Assembly: GCA_050179755.1 (NCBI GenBank)
Contig: JBFXEV010000001.1
Location: 1,065,994 to 1,129,993 of the forward strand
Direction of reading: 5' to 3'
Length of the DNA stretch: 64,000 bases
From: Candidatus Babeliales bacterium
GTDB taxonomy: Bacteria > Babelota > Babeliae > Babelales > JBFXEV01
The position numbers were made by a program, and so were the translations under genes. Under the pieces are notes generated by a model that saw only the letters and a list, made by a program, of their open reading frames with translations, had not been told where the DNA came from and ran no database searches. Below, piece by piece: positions 56,530-64,000 of this stretch (position 1 is its first letter; each line of letters opens with the position of its first letter).

Positions 56530-57267
56530 ATGAAAACACTTTTTTTATCAGTACTTTTAAGTTCTATAATGTTGACAATTCAGGTGAGTAAAGGAATGGA
56601 TAAAGGTTCTGAACCAAAAGAACTAAAGCCACGAGCAAAAAGTTATTTTATACGACGAGGTAAGACAGATAAAGTAGAAACGCGTCGTAATTCTGCATCG
56701 GCAATTGAAGGTGCAGCATCTCAAGGAATCATAAAAAAAAGAGGTTCATTTATATTTGGGCAAAAATCTTCTTCTCGAAGATCAGAATCACAACAAATTA
56801 ATATTGAAGAAACACCTGACAATATAATAGAGCATGGTAGTCAAATTGTTGCAGCGGTTGCATTGAGTAAAGGTGCTCGTCAATCATCGGTAGCTCAACC
56901 AGCTGATCTTCCAAAGAGTTTTCAGTTTCAGGTGCAACAAAGTGATGGAACATTTACAACTAAAATAACAGATGTTGCTCCGGAAAAAAAACTGGCACTC
57001 CCTCCGCATTTACGTGCTGCACAAATTACATTAGCTCGCCGTGCTAACTTATGCCATGTTGAATTAAAACGAACTGGTAGAGATAGTATGGCAGATCAAT
57101 CTGCACAAGATCTTTTGGGTGAGTCTGGCAAAGGTGCATTGCTGCAAGGTCCTTTGCTAAAGCAATCACCGCGTAGTGATGATACGGTAACGCCGCGCAG
57201 CTCGGAATCTACTCCGCGCAGCGACGATAGTTCATCACCGCGTGTAGAAGATGCTGGGCCAAATTAG
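56530..57267 (+). CDS. Secreted low-complexity hypothetical protein
   Basis: GGAG RBS; signal ending VSKG-M; Ser/Arg-rich with (S/T)PR repeats. Confidence 0.8.
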   Translation: MKTLFLSVLLSSIMLTIQVSKGMDKGSEPKELKPRAKSYFIRRGKTDKVETRRNSASAIEGAASQGIIKKRGSFIFGQKSSSRRSESQQINIEETPDNIIEHGSQIVAAVALSKGARQSSVAQPADLPKSFQFQVQQSDGTFTTKITDVAPEKKLALPPHLRAAQITLARRANLCHVELKRTGRDSMADQSAQDLLGESGKGALLQGPLLKQSPRSDDTVTPRSSESTPRSDDSSSPRVEDAGPN

Positions 57268-57377
57268 CCAATCGGTGACAATTAAAATACTACAAAATAA
57301 TTTTAATATTTTTCTGTTGCGTAGTTTTTTTTTATGGTATCATGAGGGCATAGGGTAATTTTAAGCTGGGAATAACA

Positions 57378-57755
57378 ATGAAGCAACAACCTTCTGATAA
57401 CTATTCAGTTGCGTGGTTTAAATTGGCAGAGTTTGTCAGCCGGGGTGAAAAGGTCCGGGCAATGGGGCTCTATCGTTTACTTGCGCATTCACTTGATGAT
57501 CAAGCACTTATCCTTCAACTTGAAGGTGATTTATTACGTTCTTTTGACGATGCAAATGCTATTGAGCGGTATGAACATGCAGCGCTTGCCTATAAAGCAA
57601 GTGGGCGCTATATGGAAGCAGTGTCTATATATGAACATTTGATGGTGCTCAATCCTCAACAACCACTCTATCGCCAAGCTGCTGTTAAATTGTATGCGTT
57701 GCTTGATATTCCAGAGCGTGCGGCAATGCATCAAGAGATCTTGGATAAGAATTAA
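57378..57755 (+). CDS. Hypothetical TPR-like helical protein
   Basis: AIERYEHAALAY...EAVSIYEHL...P pattern. Confidence 0.7.
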   Translation: MKQQPSDNYSVAWFKLAEFVSRGEKVRAMGLYRLLAHSLDDQALILQLEGDLLRSFDDANAIERYEHAALAYKASGRYMEAVSIYEHLMVLNPQQPLYRQAAVKLYALLDIPERAAMHQEILDKN

Positions 57756-60700
57756 ATTTCCAATGTTACACTCATGCCATGCGCATCTTCAAGTTCATGG
57801 AGCTGCTCTGGATCAAGTTTAATTTTTTTTCCCGTTTTTAAACGTAATTTTTTGCCATTCTCATGAAAAATAATATGGAGCGGTGTATTGCCCTTTGTTA
57901 GATCTTCTTTTAGCGCTGCGATTAATTTTGGCTCAACAGTGGCGGGTAAATGGAACGCTGCATGATTAATTTCAGGCCATTCTTGGTAAAATAATTCTAC
58001 CGGCACCATTTGATTTGCTTTAATCTTGCATTGGTGTGTTGATGTAACATCCAAAAATCCTTTGATCACAAACACGTGATACTGTTCAAGCCATTCTTCA
58101 ACTTTGGTAAATACTTTAGGAAACACTACAATCTCTGCATGTGATTCAGTATCCTCAAGTTGCACAAATGCCATGCGATCACCTTTTTTAGTGACAATAA
58201 CTTTGCTTGATTTAAGTAACCCGCAGCCAAGCACCATAGGCTCATCAGTAGTTTGCTCATGTTTGGCGAGCGTGGCAGAAAATGAAGGGATTGCAAGTCG
58301 TTTTAAATGCCGTTTATACGTATCCAAAGGATGTGCACTTAAATAAAAACCAATAACTTCTTTTTCCTGTTCTAACTTTTCTTTATTGTTCCACGGCTCG
58401 CGCGGCGTAAAAGCATAGGCAGGTGTTTCACTTTGTTCGCTTGGGCTGCTCATTGAGAATAATCCCATTTGGCCCGTTTCAAGTTGCCGCTTGCGCTCAG
58501 TTGCTTGCTCGATAATAATAGATAGTTCATCATATTGTTGAGCGCGATGGCCAGGTAGAGTATCAAAAGCTCCTGCACAAATTAAATTTTCAATGACGCG
58601 CTTATTGACCGTGCGTAAATCACAACGTGTACAAAAATCAAGTAAATCAGTAAATGGTTTTTTAGTGCGCTCAAGCAGAATATTATCAAGCGCCGCATGC
58701 CCCACGTTCTTAATGCCAAGAAGACCAAACAAAATGCCACCGTCAGCAACGGTAAATTCTTGCTGAGATTGATTAATATTTGGTGGGCGGATAGTGAGCC
58801 CCATATCTTTTGCTTCTTGCAAATAGAAGCTCATTTTTTCTGCGTGCGTTGCTTCAAGCGAAATCAAGCATGCCATAAATTCGGCAGGGTAGTTTGCTTT
58901 GAGGTATGCCGTTTGATAGGTAATGAGGCTATACGCTCCTGCATGTGACTTATTAAAGCCATAGCCTGCAAAGTATTCCATCAAGTCAAAAAGCTGCCCC
59001 GCTTTTTTGGGGTCAAAATTACGTTCACCAGCTTTGGTTAAAAAGATCTGGCGTTGTTCTGCCATAACTTCTACTTTTTTCTTACCCATGGCACGGCGTA
59101 GAATATCTGATTCACCAAGTGAATAACCGGCGATGGTAGAGGCTACTTTCATAACCTGCTCTTGATAGACAATCACGCCATAGGTTTCTGCAAGGATTGG
59201 TGCGAGTTCTTCAAAAAGATAGGTTATCTTTTGTCTGCCATGTTTACGCTCAATAAAATCGTCTACCATGCCAGAGCCTAATGGCCCGGGGCGATAGAGC
59301 GCGTTCACCGCAATAAGATCTTCAAATTTTTCTGGTTGCAGTTTGCGCAAAACATCTTTCAGGCCGCTTGATTCAAATTGAAACACGCCCGAAGTTTCGC
59401 CGTTTTTAAGCAGTTGAAATGTTTTTTCGTCCTCAAGAGGCAATCTATCTATATCTATCGATACGCCATGAATGTTTTTGATCATTTTGACTGCACGGTC
59501 AATAAGCGTTAAGTTTTTAAGCCCCAAAAAGTCAATTTTCAAAAATCCAATGCTTTCAAGCTCGGTCATGGCATATTGTGTTACAATATCATTGGTTTTT
59601 GGTGGAATATAAATGGGTAAAATTTGATCGATAGGATCTGGCGTAATCACAATGCCCGCTGCATGCTTGGAGGCATGGCGTGTTAAACCCTCTAATTTAA
59701 AGGCAATATCAAATAAATGTTTAACCTTTGGATTACTTTCTATAAGATCGCGAAGCCGTGGCTCTTGATCAACTGCTTCTTGGAGTGAGATTTTAAGTTG
59801 TTCTGGGATTAAGCGTGTAATGTGATTTGAATCTTCAAACGGAATGCCAAGTACGCGTGCCACGTCTTTGACCACGCCTTTTGCGGCCATGGTACCAAAC
59901 GTAATAATTTGACCAACTTTATCGTGCCCGTATCTATCTTTGCAGTAATTAATAACAGCTTCACGGCCTTCTATGCAAAAGTCGATATCAATATCGGGCA
60001 TCGTGATACGTTCAGGGTTCAAGAATCGCTCAAAGAGCAAGTTGTATCTGAGCGGATCAATGTTGGTGATTTCTATTGCCCATGCCACAAGCGATCCTGC
60101 AGCAGAACCCCGGCCCGGGCCTACTGGTATGCCGTTCCTTTTTGCCCATTTAATAAAATCACTGACTACCAAAAAGTAGCCTACAAAACCCATTTTGATA
60201 ATAAGATCAACTTCTAAGTTGAGCCGATCCCAATAATCTTGCTCTTTGCCTTCTTCAAGCAATTTGCCATCGATTAATTTTTGTAGACCTTCTTTGCATT
60301 CTTGTGCAAAAAAGGTTTCTGGCGTATGACCTTCAGGAATTTCAAATTTGGGGAAAAATAATTTATCTGTTTCAAATTTAAAATCGCACATATCGGCAAT
60401 TTTGCCGCTATTCCACACTGCCTCTGGATGCTCATGAAAAATTGCAAGCATTTGTTCTTGCGTGCGTAAATGCACACGGCAATCACCAAAAGTAAAGCGA
60501 TCAGGGTCGCTGAGTTTGCTTTGTGTTTGCACGGCAAGCATTACTTCATGTGCTTCACGGTCGCTTGCATGCACGTAATGGCAATCGGCAGTTGCAACCA
60601 GTGGTATGCCTTTTTTGGCACTCCATGCATAAAGTTCTTTATTCAGCCATGCTTGCTCTTTTTGATCTTCTGGTTGTACTTCAAAGTAAAAACGCTCAGG

Positions 60701-61198
60701 CCCAAAGACGCGCAAGAACCAGTCCATACGTTCTTCGGCTGCTTCTACTTGCCCTGCTTTAAGTAATTGTGGAATATGGCCGCCAAGGCAAGCAGAGGTG
60801 GCAATAAGGCCCTCGCTACATTCTTCTAATATGTTGTAATCAATACGTGGTTTAAAGTAGAAGCCTTTTTGGTGCGCAAACGAGATTAATTTGCATAAAT
60901 TTGCATAGCCTTTGGCATTCTGCACCAAGAGAATAATGTGATAATATTTTTTCTCCGCAGAGACCTTAACGGTAACATCTTCGGTTAAATACGCTTCAAT
61001 GCCTAATATGGGTTTGATACCAGCTTTTTTACAGAGCTGGAAAAATTTTACCGCACCAAATACGTTTCCGTGGTCAGAGATGGCAAGTGCTTTAAAATTG
61101 TTATCTTTGCCAAATTGCACCAGGCTTTCAAGGCTTATGGCACCATCAAGGAGGGAATAATCAGTATGAACATGAAGCTGTGTAAAATGTTGTGACAT
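57752..61198 (-). CDS. dnaE: DNA polymerase III alpha subunit
   Basis: LHVHTDYSLLDG PHP, GPGRGSAAGS, MPDIDIDF, KIDFLGL, GFNKSH; no intein seen. Confidence 0.98.
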   Translation of the reverse strand: MSQHFTQLHVHTDYSLLDGAISLESLVQFGKDNNFKALAISDHGNVFGAVKFFQLCKKAGIKPILGIEAYLTEDVTVKVSAEKKYYHIILLVQNAKGYANLCKLISFAHQKGFYFKPRIDYNILEECSEGLIATSACLGGHIPQLLKAGQVEAAEERMDWFLRVFGPERFYFEVQPEDQKEQAWLNKELYAWSAKKGIPLVATADCHYVHASDREAHEVMLAVQTQSKLSDPDRFTFGDCRVHLRTQEQMLAIFHEHPEAVWNSGKIADMCDFKFETDKLFFPKFEIPEGHTPETFFAQECKEGLQKLIDGKLLEEGKEQDYWDRLNLEVDLIIKMGFVGYFLVVSDFIKWAKRNGIPVGPGRGSAAGSLVAWAIEITNIDPLRYNLLFERFLNPERITMPDIDIDFCIEGREAVINYCKDRYGHDKVGQIITFGTMAAKGVVKDVARVLGIPFEDSNHITRLIPEQLKISLQEAVDQEPRLRDLIESNPKVKHLFDIAFKLEGLTRHASKHAAGIVITPDPIDQILPIYIPPKTNDIVTQYAMTELESIGFLKIDFLGLKNLTLIDRAVKMIKNIHGVSIDIDRLPLEDEKTFQLLKNGETSGVFQFESSGLKDVLRKLQPEKFEDLIAVNALYRPGPLGSGMVDDFIERKHGRQKITYLFEELAPILAETYGVIVYQEQVMKVASTIAGYSLGESDILRRAMGKKKVEVMAEQRQIFLTKAGERNFDPKKAGQLFDLMEYFAGYGFNKSHAGAYSLITYQTAYLKANYPAEFMACLISLEATHAEKMSFYLQEAKDMGLTIRPPNINQSQQEFTVADGGILFGLLGIKNVGHAALDNILLERTKKPFTDLLDFCTRCDLRTVNKRVIENLICAGAFDTLPGHRAQQYDELSIIIEQATERKRQLETGQMGLFSMSSPSEQSETPAYAFTPREPWNNKEKLEQEKEVIGFYLSAHPLDTYKRHLKRLAIPSFSATLAKHEQTTDEPMVLGCGLLKSSKVIVTKKGDRMAFVQLEDTESHAEIVVFPKVFTKVEEWLEQYHVFVIKGFLDVTSTHQCKIKANQMVPVELFYQEWPEINHAAFHLPATVEPKLIAALKEDLTKGNTPLHIIFHENGKKLRLKTGKKIKLDPEQLHELEDAHGMSVTLEI

Positions 61199-61283
61199 AA
61201 GGCCTTAGTTGTGCAACGAGAAAAAAATACTTTCAATAGTATAGTGAAAACCAGATAAGATTAGAACACTTTATTGTAGGGTA

Positions 61284-62174
61284 TTATACTATATTTTGTG
61301 CTTGCTCACGTGCTTTCTCAAGCTCAACTTTAATATTAATTGCCATGCTGCCAATAGCAGCATCAGAACATTTTGCAGCAATAGTATTAATTTCTCGCCC
61401 CAATTCTTGGAGTGTAAAATCAACTCTGCGGCCTTTTTCGGCATAATCAGCTTTTAAGATTTGATCAAAAGCTGCTAAATGTGTTTTAAAACGCACTATT
61501 TCTTCATGTACATCAATTTTATCAAGCTCATTACAGAGCGTATTCCTTCGCATGTTTGCATATTCTTGATCTTGCACATCAAGTTCTGCAATCTTTTTGC
61601 CAATGAGCGCCTTGCGATCAGCCATGACTCGCTCTGCTATTTTTTCTATGCCCACGATTTCTTGCGCCACAAAAGCAATACGTGCTTCAAGATCTTTTTG
61701 AAGGCTTTTGCCTTCTACCGCGCGAACTTTGATAAGCTCGTTAATAAGCTCTTGCGTTGCATTCATAATTTGTTGTTCGCAGGCAGAATCGATTGCGCGT
61801 TCTTCTATGCTAAAAATAGGAAGACGTACCAAATCACTCATGGTGATATGGCCTTCAACGCTAAATTGAGATTGTATGCTGCGTAATGCATCAAGATAAT
61901 TTTTTGCCGTAGATAATGCAGGTTTTACTTGGCTTTGCAAAAATGCCTGATCAGCAAGATAGATGGTAAAATATGCATGACCGCGGACTAAGTCATTCTT
62001 AAATAATTGAATTATTTTGGTTTCAAGCTGCTGCAAGGCAAGAGGTATTTTGCACGTAGTTTCAAAATAACGTGAGTTGAGTGATTTGATGCTGAGTGTC
62101 GCTTGTGTATGTGCGCCGTCTGCAGCTTTGAGTGTAATGGTCTTGCTTGCAAAACCGGTCATGCTTTGTACCAT
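61284..62174 (-). CDS. yicC: YicC/YloC family endoribonuclease
   Basis: SMTGFA, KSLNSRY, DVHEEIVR, GRRVDF.LQE..REINT..AK, EKAREQAQNI. Confidence 0.95.
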   Translation of the reverse strand: MVQSMTGFASKTITLKAADGAHTQATLSIKSLNSRYFETTCKIPLALQQLETKIIQLFKNDLVRGHAYFTIYLADQAFLQSQVKPALSTAKNYLDALRSIQSQFSVEGHITMSDLVRLPIFSIEERAIDSACEQQIMNATQELINELIKVRAVEGKSLQKDLEARIAFVAQEIVGIEKIAERVMADRKALIGKKIAELDVQDQEYANMRRNTLCNELDKIDVHEEIVRFKTHLAAFDQILKADYAEKGRRVDFTLQELGREINTIAAKCSDAAIGSMAINIKVELEKAREQAQNIV

Positions 62175-62183
62175 CTAAACCCC

Positions 62184-62900
62184 TTATTCTAAGTTAGTAT
62201 AGACGTTCTGCACGTCATCAAGATTTTCAAGCGCATTCAAAAAAGTAAAAGCTTGTTCTTGTTGTTCTTCAGAAAGAGACGTTTTGTTAGAAGCTACCCA
62301 TTCCATTTCAGCCGATTCTACTTTAAGCCCAGCTTGGGTAAGCACAGCTTTTATATCTTCAAGAGACCGTGGATTACAGGTAATTTCAAACGTATCTTCA
62401 TCATGACTAATGTCTGCTACATCGTAATCCAGAAGTTTTTCAAAAATATCATCTTCAGAAACGCCTGAGCCTTGTGCACGCACCACGCCGGTTTTAGAGA
62501 ACATCCAGCTTACGGCTCCGCCTTCTGCAAGTGATCCGCCTTTGCTCGTGAATGCATGGCGCACATCAGCTACTGCGCGATTTTTGTTATCAGTAAGTAC
62601 TTCTACAATGACTGCCATGCCGTGGGGGCCATAACCTTCATACATATATTCTTCATATGAAGTACCAGGTAATTCACCTGTTCCTTTTTGAATGGCACGT
62701 TTAAGGTTATCAAGAGGCATATTTGCTTCTTTTGCTTTTTCTATAAGCGTGCGCAAGCGAATGTTTGTTGCAGGGTCGCCGCCCGCCGTTTTGGCAGCAA
62801 CAGTAATTTCTTTTACAAGACGCGTAAAAATTTTGCCACGTTTGGCGTCTTGCGCTGCTTTGCGATGTTTAATATTTGCCCATTTTGAATGACCTGCCAT
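62184..62900 (-). CDS. yebC: YebC/PmpR family protein
   Basis: MAGHSKWANIKHRK, YEGYGP.G, LTDNKNR, DDVQNVYTN. Confidence 0.97.
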   Translation of the reverse strand: MAGHSKWANIKHRKAAQDAKRGKIFTRLVKEITVAAKTAGGDPATNIRLRTLIEKAKEANMPLDNLKRAIQKGTGELPGTSYEEYMYEGYGPHGMAVIVEVLTDNKNRAVADVRHAFTSKGGSLAEGGAVSWMFSKTGVVRAQGSGVSEDDIFEKLLDYDVADISHDEDTFEITCNPRSLEDIKAVLTQAGLKVESAEMEWVASNKTSLSEEQQEQAFTFLNALENLDDVQNVYTNLE

Positions 62901-63075
62901 CGGTGATCCTTAGATAATAAGTGCTATTTTTAACTTTTTTAAGCCTATCGTTTTTAAGGCTTTTTGTCCAGGTTCGCGATCAGGTTGAGCAAACTGTTTA
63001 CACCAGAACTTTATTTAGGGTATGGTGAAGCTAGGATTTTTCTGGTGATATAGTCGCCTTAGCAAGGGAATTAGT

Positions 63076-64000
63076 ATGAAAAGATTTTTGGTTTGCTGTT
63101 TGTTATGGTTTGTAAGCTTAAGCGTTTCTATGGATAAACCAGTGCCGCTGGAGCATGACCTTCTTGACGATTTTGTACTGATTGAGCCAAGTAACCAAAT
63201 GCTGGCTAGTTGGTTACGCGAAGCTCTAGAGGAAAAAGAAGTTGCCGATCATGCCCTTGATCAAGCGCCGATAGGTAGCCAGCAGGAAATGACGTGGTGG
63301 CAAGCTTTTAGAAGTAAGCTTGGCGCAATTCCTCAGGGTATTGGCTACTTGGGCCAAGCAATAGGGTTGCTCTCAAGATCTCGCTGGTATTTAGAAACAA
63401 CGCTATCTGTGATTCTCAATGAAGAAGAAAGTAAGCTTACACAGCAAGAAAAGGATACGTTTAAAGCAGTGCGAGCGCGTGTGCATGAGATTATTGGCGA
63501 TTTTGAAATTCGGCTTGCTCAGATACAAGGTATTGTAGATGAAACTAAAAGGCAGAATGAGCTTGATGCATTGCCAGGTGAGTTTTTGAGTAAGATTCAG
63601 TTTATACAATATTTACAGCAGCCAAGCGTTGATTTTGGTGCTCTTTCGTATAAAGCACATTTGCTGCTGTTGCTGACTTTTTTAAAAGATGTGCGCATAA
63701 AAGAGCAAGAACCTGGTGTGCTAAATCTTTTATTTGCAACGTGGGCATCATTTATCACAAATTTTACTGCCGAATTATTAAATACGCAGCGGGTTATAGT
63801 TAACGGCCAACCCACTGATCGTAATCCATATCGAAATACGGATGCATTTGTTGCTCAAAGGCCTCGCGGAGCAATAAGCCCCATTGAACAAAATATTTTT
63901 TTACCAGCGCGGCGCAAAAAGAATATAGAGGCGCAACGAGCATTATTTAAGAATCTAATTTTACAAAAGCAGATTAATGTTGCTACAGTGAATAATCAAA
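63076..64000 (+). CDS. Secreted hypothetical protein (3' partial, missing from the ORF track)
   Basis: AAGGG RBS; MKRFLVCCLLWFVSLSVS-MDKPV...; frame appears open to the window end. Confidence 0.8.
   Translation, partial: MKRFLVCCLLWFVSLSVSMDKPVPLEHDLLDDFVLIEPSNQMLASWLREALEEKEVADHALDQAPIGSQQEMTWWQAFRSKLGAIPQGIGYLGQAIGLLSRSRWYLETTLSVILNEEESKLTQQEKDTFKAVRARVHEIIGDFEIRLAQIQGIVDETKRQNELDALPGEFLSKIQFIQYLQQPSVDFGALSYKAHLLLLLTFLKDVRIKEQEPGVLNLLFATWASFITNFTAELLNTQRVIVNGQPTDRNPYRNTDAFVAQRPRGAISPIEQNIFLPARRKKNIEAQRALFKNLILQKQINVATVNNQ

Noticed and set aside
57752..61198. Intein or split in dnaE
   Set aside because: Normal length and contiguous motifs.

Overview
AT-rich bacterial chromosome segment, most consistent with an intracellular protist parasite of Candidatus Dependentiae (TM6/Babelota). 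This is inferred from the many signal-peptide-bearing ankyrin/LRR proteins and amino-acid/nucleoside importers, not from a marker-gene search. Housekeeping genes (alr, argR, rpmE, prfA, nupC, brnQ, ppsA, galU, pheS, tRNA-Phe, dnaE, yicC, yebC) are interspersed with effector-like genes. Main observations: (1) a promoter-led non-coding array of four 68-83 nt end-paired hairpin units between prfA and a NUDIX gene, three sharing internal motifs (35211-35550); (2) a 1307-aa polymorphic toxin with a lineage-type repeat and a C-terminal EndoU-like nuclease, plus a two-repeat immunity candidate, inserted with a 183-bp duplication of the alr 3' end and carrying a diverged dcyD 3' fragment; (3) the same footprint (insert flanked by a long target duplication) twice more; (4) an unannotated His-codon leader peptide with attenuator hairpins before an amino-acid ABC operon; (5) about 19 effector-like proteins whose predicted signal peptides end in A/G/S/C followed by Met, a pattern absent from the signal-bearing enzymes; (6) a family of GC-rich palindromic repeats, one cluster inserted in-frame in a gene. 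All calls are by eye from motifs; no searches were run.
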